Assembly: GCF_004010195.1 (NCBI RefSeq)
Contig: NC_057760.1
Span: 1,734,215 to 1,798,214 of the forward strand
Source: Chiloscyllium plagiosum
Taxonomy: Eukaryota
DNA length: 64,000 nt
Direction: 5' to 3'
Below the pieces are notes generated by a model that worked only from the letters and a program-made list of their open reading frames with translations, was not told where the DNA came from and did no database searches. Every line of letters starts with the position of its first letter. The first letter of the stretch is position 1. The position numbers and the translations under genes are program-made. Of this stretch, positions 13,040-24,559 are shown piece by piece.

Positions 13040-16000
13040 TAGGCAGCCCACTCAAAGGCAGATAAGGTTAAAGATAATCCAAAAAGATTCTACAAGTACA
13101 TGAAGTGCAAGACAGCAACGAGAGAGAGTAAGACTCCTTAAAGATCAACTAGATCATCTTTGTGTTGAACCTCAGGAGTCGGGAGAGATGTTAAATGAAT
13201 ATTTCACATCAGTTTTCACTGTGGAGAAAGAAATGGAGGCTAGAGAAATCAGAAATAAATATTGGTGTTTTGAAAACAGCTCATATTACAGAAGAGGAAA
13301 TGCTGGAGGGGTCAGAAAATATAAAAGTTGATAAATCTCCAGGACCTGATCAAGTCTATTCCAGCATGCTGTGGGAAGTTAAAGAGCAAATTGTGGGACT
13401 CTAGCAGAAATCTTTGTATCACCTATAAACATGAGTGAAGTACCGGAGGGTGGCTAATGCTATAACATTGTTTAAGAAAGGCTGCAAGGAGAAACTTGAC
13501 TGAGTTTTTCATTGAGTAACTAAAAAGACTGATGATTTGGAGGTGCCGGTGTTGGACTGGGGTGTACAAAGTTAAAAATCACACAAACACCCGGTTATAA
13601 TCTAACAGGTTTATTTGGAAGCACTAGCTTTTGGAGCACTGCTCCTTCATCAGGTAGTTATGGAGTACAGGATTGTACAACAGAATTTATAGTAAATGTT
13701 TACAGGGTGATATAACTGAAATGATATATTGAAAAAGACCTGGATTGTTTGTTAAGTGTCTCATCTTTTAGAATTACCACATTGGTTTCAGTTCTTTCAT
13801 ATGCAAATCCCAGAACTTTTTTTTTTTTAAAAAGTTACATTCTCAAGTGAACTTTAATAATAGGTGCCATGTCAGCTCAGATAATGAATTGAAGATGTGA
13901 GGTAAAAGTCTGTCTGTCTGTCTGTGCCCAAAATTCAGACATTCTATTTCTAAAAAAGGATTTACAATCTCTTACATCAATTCATGCAATTTTTGAGAAA
14001 AATAAAATGTAATTCTGCAAGTACAAATTCACCCACAAACTTGTGTGGATGTGTGTGCATGTAGGGGAGTGTGTGTGGGACTAGGAGTGTCGGTGTGAGT
14101 GTAAAGGGGCAAAAGTCTGTGCACGCACGTGTCTGTGTGCACACGTGTGGTGCAATGGGGTCACCTGTCGTGTGACATGAACCCAAGGTCTTGGTTGAGG
14201 CCATCCCCATGGGTACTGTACTTGGCCATCAGCCTCTGATTGGTCACTTTACATTGTTGCCTGTCCCGAAGTCCGCCTTGGAGAATGGTCACCCGAAGGT
14301 CTGAGGCCGAATGTCCCAGACCGCTGAAGTGTTCCCCGACAGGGAGGGAACACTTCTGGCTGGTGATTGTTGTGCAGTGTCCATTCGTCCGTTTCATTGA
14401 CCTCTGCTCGGTTTCGCCAATGTACCATGCCTCAAGGCATCCTTGCCTGCAGCATATGAGATAGACAACAATGGCCAAGTCACACAAGTACCTGCTACGT
14501 ACATAGTGGGTAGTGTCCCCACATGTAATGGTTGTATCCGTGTCAACACTGACACGTCTTGCAGCATCTGCTGTGACAGAGTTGTATGGTGTTGTCTTGA
14601 AGGTCAGGCAGTTTGCTGCAAACAATGATCTGTTTCAGGTTTGATGGTTGTTTAAAGGTGATAAGTGGAGGCGTGGGGAAGGTCTTGGCGAGGTGCTCAT
14701 CCTCATTGATAAGGTGTTGCAGGCTGCGAAGGACATGCCGTAATTTTTCGGCTCCTGGGAAGTACTGGACAACAAAGGGTACCCTGTCGGTTGCAGCTCA
14801 TGTCTGTCTCCTGAGGAAGTCATAGCCCATCAGAACTGGCGATCGATGAGTTGAGCATCGTATCCCGTTCTTATGAGGACAGCCTTAAATTCTTCCAAAC
14901 GCCCGTCACATTCCTCCTCATCTGAACAGATTCTGTGTATGCTAGAGTTGTCCATAGGAGATGGCTGTTTAATGAGTTTCGGGTGGAAGCTAGAGAAGTG
15001 TAGCATCATGAGGTTATCCATTTACTTGGCTTTTAGTAAAAGCTTTGACAACATTCTGCATGGTAGACCAACTAGTAAAGTTAGGTCATTTGGGATTCAG
15101 GGAGAAATTGCCAATTGGATACAAAATTGGCTTTACAGTAGGAGACAGAGGGTGGGTGGTTGAGGGTTTTTTGCAGATGGAGACCTGTGATCAGTGGTGT
15201 TACACAGGGATCAGTACTGGGTCCCCTTTAGTTTGTCATTTACATAAATGATTTGGATGAGAATAAAAGAGGTATAGTAAGTAAATTTGCAGATGACACT
15301 GAACTAGTTAAAATTACAAACAGACCTGGATCAATTAGGTCAATGGGCTGGAGGAGTGGCAGATGGAGCTTAATTTGGATAAATGCAAGGTATTGCATTT
15401 TGTTAATATAATCAAGAACAGGACTTTTACAATTAATGTTTGGGCCCTAGGTAGTATTGTGGAACAGAGACCTAGGGGTTCAGGTACGTGATTCTTTGAA
15501 ATTTGCGTCACAGATAGATAGTGTGGTTAAGAAGGTGTTTAGCACACTTGCCTTCATTGCTCAAACCTTTGAGTATCGAAGTTGGGACGTGATGATGAGG
15601 TTGTACAAGACGCTGGTGAAGCCTCTTCTGGAGTACCTTGTCCAGTTCTGGTCGCCCTGTTATACGAAGGATATTTACAAAATTGGAGACGGGAAAGGGT
15701 TCAGAAAAGATGTACCAGGATGTTGCCGGGAATGGAGGGTTTGAGAGTCAAAAATAGACAGGAAAGGTTGGGACTTTTCTCACTGGAGTGGAGGAGGTTG
15801 AGGTGTGTCCTTTTATGGAGGTTTATAAAATCATGAGGGGTAGAAACAAGCTGAATAGCAGGTGTCTTTTCCCTCGGGTGGGGGATTTCAAAACAAGGGG
15901 GTATATTTTTAAGAAGATAGATTTAAAAAAGGACATGAGGGGCAACTTTTTTTCCCTATACAGAGTGGTTCGTGTGTGGAATAAACTGCCAGAGATAATG

Positions 16001-16165
16001 GTGGATGTAGGTACAGTTACAACATTCAAAAGGCATTCAGACAAGGTCATGAATTGGAAAGGTTTGGGGGGGTGGAATGTGAGCTAAGTACAGGCAGGTA
16101 GAACTAGTTTCATTTGTGAACCAGTTAGACTGAAGGGTCTGTTTCCATGCTCCAAGACTCTATTT
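13040..16165 (+). mobile_element. CR1 LINE (ORF2 remnant) interrupted at ~13533-15020 by a Penelope-like element
   Basis: KVDKSPGPDQVY; FSKSFDNILHGR..IANWIQNWL; LYKTLVKPLLEY..QFWSP. Confidence 0.85.
13533..15020 (-). mobile_element. Penelope-like retroelement, 5'-truncated: RT C-terminus + GIY-YIG endonuclease + terminal repeat with a degenerate hammerhead-like motif
   Basis: VVYLICCRQGCLEAWYIGETEQR (GIY-YIG); FHPK...IHRICSDEEE; terminus reads CTGATGAAGGAGCAGTGCTCCAAAAGCTA on the minus strand. Confidence 0.85.
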
Positions 16166-17819
16166 GCTTTGACAGCTTCCTGTGGGAGAAAATTCCACAT
16201 TCTCTCCACACTCTGGGCTCCTCCTGAATCCCCAATGGATTTATTCGCAACTATTTCATGTAAAAGGTCTCAAGCTTTTATCATTCTCACAGATGGTAAC
16301 AAGATTTCTAACCTCAAAATCACTTTTTTTGAGATGCTACACAAGTCACAATTGAGGTGCAAATTAGCTCCGTTGGAGAAGTGAGGTTATAAACCCAACA
16401 TAAAGGTGAGAGAAGGTTTATTCTCTGTTCAGACACACTGCACGAAAACTATGCATATAAATGTCATTTGACAAAGATCACGAATTAGCAAGAAAAATTA
16501 GCTATTTCAAGGAATCACTCTGCCCAGAAATGCACAATGAAACTGCCTGTTTGAGGCATTACCAAAAATAGCAGCAGGGAATTGAATTCCACTGAGTTTA
16601 ACTGAAAGCAGAATCTGAATCCTTAAAATAATCAAATATAAAGCATTTGCCAAAAGTCAATATTGACACACTGGGAGGAGTGCAGGGCTGCTAATTAAAC
16701 ACTGCAAGAGTTTATGAAAAAGACTATAGATGTTGCAATGCTTAATTTTTTTTTAATGAAATATGCAAAAAAAGTCAATAAATGTATTTTATTTAATATA
16801 AAATAACAAAATTTCAACAGATTATGGGGTCCAAGATTTAAAGCACACACAATTAGATTTTATTTACAGTCTCTGTCAGTGATTTCAATCCATACCTTAA
16901 AAAATATATCTGCGCTCACATGCACTGGAGAGGGCACTGAGAAAACATATCAGGTTGTTGCCCAGTCTGGAATGATTCAACTATAAAGGGAAATTAAAAA
17001 GCTGGGGTTGTACTTCTGAGAACAGAGAAGGATGTGTATAGGAGACCTGATTGAAGTGTAGGGGGACATGTTCATATGTCACATCTTTCAAATTACACTT
17101 CTGTACAGGATCACATTCATAAGTACAAGCATCCTGAATTCAGACCTTTGTAAATCAAGGTCCCCGTGTACAAAGTTATGAGGGGTACAGATAGGGTAGA
17201 TAGAAAGAATCATTTCCCCACTCTATGACTCTAGGTAAGTACTTGAATAAGGAAGGAAATGGACCAGGCGCAGGCAGCTAGGACTAGTTCAATTTGGGAT
17301 TATGGTCAGCATGGAGTGGTTGGACCAAAAGTCTGTTTCCAATACTCTAACTCTTCATGACACTATGCACTTAGAAGGGAGAACAATAACTGTGCATAGG
17401 TTTGAGAGAGGCAGGAGGGGAACTGAGGGAAATTTTTTTTCACCCCCCCACCCCCGCCCCCGCCCCCGAGAATGTGATGGCATCAGCAAATCACCATCTG
17501 AAAGTGTGCAAGAGGCAGTAACCATCACAATACTTTAGTAGCATCTTTGTGATCAAGTAAAGTGCCACAGTCTACAAGGCTACGGGTCAAGTACTGGAAA
17601 ATGTGATCAGATGGGTGCTCGACAGGAAGGGTCACAATGGGCTGAAGGTCCTCTTTCCATGCTGTAAAACTCTGCAAACTTGCCCATTTTTAACAGGGGA
17701 TAAAACTCTCCATACTCCTTTCACAAAGCACAGGGCATCTCTCTTAGAAGTGGCTTCACAGAGTGGCACCACCACCTCAGTTTGACATCCCATTTGAAAG
17801 ATGGCACCGCCAACCATGC

Positions 17820-18039
17820 TCTGGATCAGTGGTGCTGGAAGAGCACAGCAATTCAGGCAGCATCCGAGGACAGGCAAAAATCGACGTTTCGGGCAAAAGC
17901 CCTTCATCAGGAAGCCTGATGAAGGGCTTTTGCCCAAAACGTCGATTTTGAAGTTCCTTGGATGCTGCCTGAATTGCTGTGCTCTTCCAGCACCACTGAT
18001 CCAGAATCTGGTTTCCAGCATCTGCAGTCATTGTTTTTA
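17820..18039. mobile_element. Palindromic Penelope-derived element with two back-to-back hammerhead cores
   Basis: ~90-bp inverted arms; 15-bp TSD CACCGCCAACCATGC at 17805-17819 and 18040-18054. Confidence 0.85.
17883..17910 (-). ncRNA. Minimal hammerhead ribozyme core, sense to IQGAP3 intron 1
   Basis: Minus strand CTGATGA-A-GGGC-TTTT-GCCC-GAAA-C-GTC: intact CUGANGA/GAAA boxes, 4-bp stem II, GUC triplet; activity untested. Confidence 0.55.
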
Positions 18040-18849
18040 CACCGCCAACCATGCGGCTCTCCCACAGCACTGCACTAGGAGCGTTAGACTGGATTTTGTT
18101 CTCAAGTCCCTGCAGTAGGGCCAAGGCAAGGGGGGGGCGGGGGGGGGGGGTGATTAAAGTTCTTCCTCGGTTGAGCCTTCAACAGCAAACCTCAGCCCAA
18201 ATACATAGGTGAGCAGTGGAGAATGTGCAGCCATTCAACCCATCTTGAGAACCTAGTCGAAAGGATGGCAGAAACGGGTTCGGCAAAGAAGGGAAAGGTG
18301 TAAACAAGGAGAAACCCGAAGGACCACAGGGCTTTGGGGGGAGGACGAAAGAGTTAGGCAAACTTGGGGTGGTGGGCTCCATCCAAGAGATAGCATGGAT
18401 GCGACAGTCCGAATGGCTTCCTCAACAAAATCAACCTTGCCTCAGCTCCAAGATTGGAGTTTCATACCACACTATGGCAAAACACAAAGCAAAAGAAAAA
18501 AAAAAGAGAGAAAAAAAATTAACTTGCAACTCAGGGAAGGAAAAGAGAACAAAAGAACAAAACTGGAGTCACCAACTTTTAAGTTTTGTCAAGCGCCTTC
18601 CTGGAGGGGTGGCAAGACATAAAGAGACGTCCTTAGTCCTGAACGTCCAAGACAAAACAGAAATAACAATTTCTGGCTTTTGAATGTTTATAATTATTTT
18701 TGGAGATTGAATAATGGGCAGTTGGGGACAGAGTTAGCACAAATCCTTTGCAGAATGAAGCCACTGCCTGGTCACATTATTATTATTATTTTGCACTGAC
18801 CTTTTTTGCAGTGTACACCTTTAATACATTGTCTGAGCTGAGATGTCAC

Positions 18850-19172
18850 TCTTTTTTTTTAAATAAAAGCCTGAAGCTATGTCGAGAATGCGACTTAAAA
18901 GTTCTGGGATTTACATACGAAACCTTCAGCCCATTATAAAAGATGAAAGACTTAACAGCAACCTTAGGTTTATTCAATATGTCATCTTAATTGCATGACA
19001 CTGTGATATTTTGCTACAAATTCTGTGTCTTATGATCCTGCCCCACTAGCTACCTGATGAAGCTACCTAGTGCACCAGCTGAAAGCTAGTGCTTCCAAAT
19101 AAACCTGTTGGACTATAACCTGGTGTTGGGTGATTTTTTTAACTTTGTCCAACACTGGACCCTCCACATCAA
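18850..19172 (+). mobile_element. Penelope-like 3' terminus (same family as 13533-13860 and 1-56, 51165-51260, 57030-57110, 62310-62430)
   Basis: CCTGATGA...GAAAGCTAGTGCTTCCAAATAAACCTGTTGGACTATAACCTGGTG. Confidence 0.75.
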
Positions 19173-19221
19173 GAACAAGTATTGCAGAGGTTAAAGAGAC
19201 ATTCGTATTTTTCACACTTAC

Positions 19222-19264
19222 ATCCACCCTGGCGCTTTCCGCCCGAATCCACTTCGCTCCCCAT
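19222..19264 (-). CDS. IQGAP3: IQGAP3 coding exon 1 (MGSEVDSGGKRQGG + 1 nt)
   Basis: ATG at 19264 inside the CpG island; GTAAGT donor at 19221; phase 1 joins exon 2 to give ...[21 protein letters not shown], matching the short IQGAP first exon. Confidence 0.8.
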
Positions 19265-19599
19265 CGCCCTCCTGGCAACTTCGCTCAATTACTTTCCGTT
19301 TTCCGCCTCACGAAACTTTAATTTATATTCCCCTCAAGGAGCCAACCGCCGCCGCGGACGACGACTCTCGCTTCCGAAAATCCCGCCAGAATTCCAACGG
19401 CCATCGGCAGGCCAGGCGGCGCGGGGCCCGCCGGGAGTTGTAGTCCCCCGATTTTTCCACCACCACCCCACCCCCACCCCAGAAGGGGAAGCGGGACTAC
19501 AGTTCCCAAAGGGCGCTGCGCACTTGGCCGGCCCCGACCTGCCTGCCCGGGGCGCGGGACGTCTCGCCAGGGGTGGGCGGCTTCTCCGGTTGCCATGAC

Positions 19600-19756
19600 G
19601 ACGGAGCAACACAAGATCCAGGGACATGTTGGCAACTGGACACCTTGCAGCCATAGACTGGGGATCAGCTCCTGCAAAAGAGTGGCTTCTCCATGGATTG
19701 CCTTCTACCCCGGGAGACGGGGCATTTAAAACAAACTGCAGAATTCTTATCTTGAG
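19600..19756 (+). other. TTC24: Putative non-coding first exon of TTC24 (5' boundary unknown)
   Basis: Strong donor GAG|GTAAGG at 19756/19757 at the right edge of the CpG island; TTC24 ATG exon has an acceptor 24 nt before its ATG, so an upstream exon is expected. Confidence 0.5.
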
Positions 19757-20334
19757 GTAAGGCAGGAAGAAGGAATCTTAAATGGTTATTATTTCTTGCT
19801 TCCCCCCCCTCTCCTTGTCTTTGCCATCTTGTGTTTCATTCACTCTTGGAACATGGGCATTGCTGGTTGGGCCCAGCATTTGTTGTGCCTGTCCCTGTAT
19901 GCCCCCTTGAGAAGATGGTGGTGAGCCACCTTCTTGAACCACTGCAGCCCCTGTTCTGTCCACAATGCCCTTAACCGGCGGGAATTTGACCCGGCGACGC
20001 TGAAGGAACCATCGATATGTTTCCAAGTCAGGATGCTGTGTGTGGGACTCGGAGGAGAAATTGCAGGGGGTGGCGTTCCCATGCCCTCGTCCTTCCAGGT
20101 GGAAGTGGTCATGGATTGGGAAGCTGCTGTCCGAGGATCTTTGGTGAATTCCTGCAGTGCAATTTTAGGATAGTGCACACTGCTGCTCCTGAGCATCAGT
20201 GATGGAAGGATGCGCCACCAATCAAGCAGGGTCTACTTTGTCCTGGATGGTGTTGAGCATCTTGAGAATTGTTGGATCTGCCCCCATCCGGGCAAGTGGG
20301 GAGTGTTTCCTCATCGGACCTCCTCCCACCCTGC

Positions 20335-20700
20335 CCCCTGGAAAAATGCCATCCCATATTCCCAATTCCTTCGTCCCCGCCGCATCTGCTCCTCATTTCC
20401 CCTCCCCCCACCTTGTCTCAGTCAAATCCATCAAACTCAGCACCGCCTTCCTAACCTGCAATCTTCTTCCGGACCTCTCCGCCCCCACCCCACTCCGGCC
20501 TATCACCCTCACCTTGACCTCCTCCCACCTATCGCATTTCCAACGCCCCTCCCCCAAGTCCCCCATCCCTACCTTTTATCTTAGCCTGCTGGACACACTT
20601 TCCTCATTCCTGAACAAGAGCTTGTGCCCGAAACGTCGATACTCCTGTTCCTTGGATGCTGCCTGACCTACTGCGCTTTTCCAGCAACACATTTTCAGCA
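20335..20700 (+). mobile_element. Penelope-like fragment (RT C-terminal remnant joined to the terminal arm)
   Basis: KNAIPYSQFLRPRRICS motif followed by CCCGAAACGTCGAT...GGATGCTGCCTGACC...CCAGCAACACATTTTCAGC, the same arm as the palindromic elements. Confidence 0.7.
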
Positions 20701-20713
20701 GTATTTCCACATA

Positions 20714-21045
20714 GATTAGATTCCCTACAGATGGGATTCCCTACAGTGTGGAAACAGGCCCTTCAGCCCAACCAGTCCACACCGACCCTCCAAAGAGTAA
20801 CCCACCCAGACCCATTTCCCTCTAACTAATGCACCTAGCACTATGGGGCAATTTAGCGTGGCCAATTCACCGAAACTGCACATCTTTGGACTGTGGGAGG
20901 AAACCGGAGCACCCGGAGGAAAGCCACACAGACACAGGGGGAAAATGTGCAAATTCCACACAGACAGTAGCCCGAGGCTGGAATCGAACCTGGGACCCTG
21001 GTGCTGTGAGGCAGCAGTGCTAACCACTGAGCCACCGTGCTGCCC
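20714..21045 (-). mobile_element. V-SINE (HE1-like)
   Basis: Full head-core-tail on the minus strand. Confidence 0.88.
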
Positions 21046-21061
21046 CCATCATACTCCTGAC

Positions 21062-24000
21062 TTAGAACATAGAACGGTACAGGCCCTTCGGCCTTCGATG
21101 TTTTTATCCTACATTAAGATCAAACTAACCCACATACCCTTCGTTTTACTATCATCCATCAGAGTGTCGCTTAAAAGTCCCTAATGTATCTGACTCTACT
21201 ACCACTGCTGGCAGTGCATTCCACACACCCACTACTCTCTGTGTAAAGAACCTATCTCTAACATCTCCCCTAAACCTTCCTCCAATCACCTTAAAATTAT
21301 GCCTCCTTGTGATAGCCATTTCCATCCTGGGAAAATGTCTCTGGCTATCCACTCTACCTATACCTCTCATCATCATGTACACCTCTATCAAGTTGCCTCT
21401 CATCCTTCTTCACTCCAATGAGAGAAACCCCAGCTCCCTCGACCTTTCTTCATAAGACATGCCTTCCAGGCCAGGCAGCATCCTAGTAAATCTCCTTTGC
21501 ACCCTCTCTAAAGCTTCCAAATGCTTCCTATAATGAGGCGACCAGAACTGAACATGTGTGGTCTAACCAGGGCTCTACAGAGCTGCATTTGAGAGTGTGT
21601 TGCTGGGAAAGCACAGCAGGTCAGCCAGCAACACACTCTCACCTCTGATCTCCAGCATCTGCAGTCCTCACTTTCTACAGAGCTGCAGCATAACCTCGCG
21701 GGGGCTCTTAAACTCTATCCCCCTACCTAATGAAAGCCAACACACCATATACCTTCTTAACCCTATCAACTTGGGTGGCAAGATTGAGGGATCTATGGAC
21801 ATGGACCCCAAGATCCCTCTGTTCCTCCACACTACCAAGAATCCTGCCTTTAATTGGGCGGCACGGTGGCACAGTGGTTAGCACTGCTGCCTCACAGCGC
21901 CAGAGACCCGGGTTCGATTCCCGACTCAGGCGACTGACTGTGTGGAGTTTGCACATTCTCCCCGTGTCTGCGTGGGTTTCCTCCGGGTGCTCCGGTTTCC
22001 TCCCACAGTCCAAAGATGTGCGGGTCAGGTGAATTGGCCATACTAAATTGCCCGTAGTGTTAGGTTAAAGGGGTAAATGTAGGGGTAGGGGTATGGGTGG
22101 GTTACGCTTCGGCGGGTCAGTGTGGACTTGTTGGGCCGAAGGGCCTGTTTCCACACTGTAAGTAATCTAATCTAATCTAAAACCCTGTAATCTGCACTGA
22201 ACTTCGACCTTCCAAAATGAATCGCTTCACACTTCTCCAGGTTGAACTCCATCTGCCATTTCTCAACCCAGCTCTGCATTCTGTTAATGTCCTGTTGCAT
22301 CCGACAACAGCCCCCCTCACAATTCACAACTCTACCAACCTTCGTGTCATCGGCAAACTTACTAACCCACCCTTCCACTTCCTCATCCAAGTCATTTATA
22401 AAAAAGCATAACCTCGCGGCTCTTAAACTCTATCCCCCTACCTAATGAAAGCCAACACACCATACACCTTCTTAACCCTATCAACTTTGGGTGGCAAGAT
22501 TGAGGGATCTATGGACATGGACCCCAAGATCCCTCTGTTCCTCCACACTACCAAGAATCCTGCCTTTAACCCTGTAATCTGCACTGAAGTTCGACCTTCC
22601 AAATGAATCACTTCACACTTCTCCAGGTTGAACTCCATCTGCCATTTCTCAACCCAGCTCTGCATTCTGTTAACGTCCTGTTGCATCCGACAACAGCCCC
22701 CCTCACAATTCACAACTCTACCAACCTTCGTGTCATCGGCAAACTTACTAACCCACCCTTCCACTTCCTCATCCAAGTCATTTATAAAAATCACAAGAAG
22801 CAGAGGTCCCAAAACAGATCCCTGTGGAACACCACTGGTCACTAAGCTCCAGGCTGAATACTTTCCATCTACTAACACCCTCTGTATTTTATGAGCCTGC
22901 CAATTCTGTATCCAGGCAGCCAAATTTCCCTGTATCCCATGCCTCCTTACTTTTTGAATGAACCTACCATGGGGAACCTCATCATTGTCTATCCCCACGT
23001 TTTTCAAAATTTCCAGCACATCCTCTTTCTTAACATCAATCTGTTCGAGCTTATTAGCCTGTTTCATGCTGTCCTCACAAACGACAAGGTCCCTCTCACT
23101 AGTGAATACTGAAGCAAAGTATTCATTAAGGACCGCCCCTACTTCCTCTGACTCCAGGCACAAGTTCCCTCCATTATCTCTGATTGGCCCTACCCTCAGT
23201 CTGGCCATCTTCTTGTTCCTCACATAAGTGTAGAATGCCTTGGGGTTTTCCTTAATCCTACCCACCAAGGCTTTTTCGTGTCCCCTTCTACCTCTTCTAA
23301 GTTCCTTCTTGGCTACCTTGTAACCCTCTAGAGCCCTGACTGACCCTTGCCTCCTCAACTTTAAGTAAGCTTCCTTCTTCCTCTTGACAAGATGTTCCAC
23401 ATCCCTTGTCACCCAAGGTTCCTTCACCCTACCATCCCTTCCTTGCCTCAGTGGGACAAACCTATTTGGCACTCTCAGCAAGTGCTCCCTAAACAACCTC
23501 CACATTTCTGTCGTGCATTTCTCTGAGAATATGTGTTCCCAATTTATGCTCCACAATTCCTGCCTAGTAGTATTGTAATCCCGCCTCCCCTGATTAAATA
23601 CTTCCCCATACCGTCTGCTCCTATCCCTCTCTATGATTATAGTAAAGGTCAGGGAGTTGTGATGACTATCACCAAAATGCTGTCCCACCGAGAGATCTGA
23701 CACCTGACCTCATTCGTTGCCAAGCACCAAATCCAGTAAGGCCTCCCCTCCAGTCAGCCTATCTACATACTGCGTCGGGAATCTTTCCTGGATACACCTG
23801 ACAAAGTCTGCTCCATCCAAACTATTTGCACTGAGGAGGTTTCAATCATTATTAGGGAAGTTGAAGTCACCCAAGACAACAACCCTGTTACTTTAACACT
23901 TTTCCAAAATCTGCCTCTCAATCTGCTCTTCCGTGCTATTGGAGGTGGGGATGGGGTCTATAGAATACTCCCAATAAAGCGACTGCTCCCTTCCTGTTTC

Positions 24001-24160
24001 TGACTTCCACCCATAATGACTCAGTAGTCCTCCCTTTCTGCAGCTGTTATACTATCCCTGATTAACAATGCCACTCCTCCACCTCTTTTACCTCCCTCCC
24101 TATTCTAAACCTTGGAACATCCAACAACTATTCCTGCCCCTGTGATATCCCAGTCTCCGT
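21062..24160 (-). mobile_element. CR1 LINE ORF2 remnant (endonuclease end to 3' tail) with internal deletion, tandem duplication and nested insertions
   Basis: 421-aa ORF 22438-23703: [39 protein letters not shown]. Confidence 0.92.
21856..22180 (+). mobile_element. Young V-SINE nested in CR1; near-identical to the copy at 55199-55520
   Basis: GGGCGGCACGGTGGCACAGTGGTTAGCAC head, (TAATC)n tail. Confidence 0.92.
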
Positions 24161-24559
24161 AGTATATCACAAGTCTCCCTAAGACTTGTGCCTTGTCGAC
24201 GGTGGACAGGCTTTGAGTGTCAGGAGGTGACATTGCTAGTCTATGAACTGCTCTGTGACATTTGAACATCGAGGGAGGAACCTTCATGTGGTTATCAGGA
24301 AGAATCAGTCAAGTCAAGCCTTCAGTCAGGGGTATTCCAGCACAGTAGGTCAAGGGTAGTTTCCAATACCAGAATGAGAGAGAGGAAGGTGGAAGTGGGT
24401 GGCACAGTTATATAGGTAGGGAGGTGTCCCGAGCAAGTGAGTTGACAATGCAGTGTGCATGCGGGTTTGATGCTGTTAGAGGGCTTGGGGTGGGCAGCAG
24501 TGAGTGACGGAACTTGTGGCGGGCACTAGTGAGAGTGGTGGAGTGGGAGGTGGGTTATA

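Larger units (their letters stand above)
19200..19760. promoter_or_regulatory. CpG-island bidirectional promoter for IQGAP3 (-) and TTC24 (+)
   Basis: Clearest CpG-dense non-repeat, non-coding tract; ACTACA-N2-TCCC motifs at 19433-19446 (-) and 19494-19514 (+); GC box ~19571-19580; X-box-like GTTGCCATGACGAC 19589-19602; E2F-like TTTTCCGCC ~19299-19307. Confidence 0.8.

Noticed and set aside
292..19264. Assignment as IQGAP1 or IQGAP2
   Set aside because: Exon 7 is IQGAP1-like, but HTDNIN.W, DKKN.PRVVY, EKAANARN and adjacency to TTC24 favour IQGAP3
21856..21930. tRNA gene
   Set aside because: tRNA-derived SINE head continuing into the V-SINE body; many dispersed copies
22438..23703. Functional reverse transcriptase gene
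   Set aside because: Internally deleted, frameshifted and truncated CR1 ORF2
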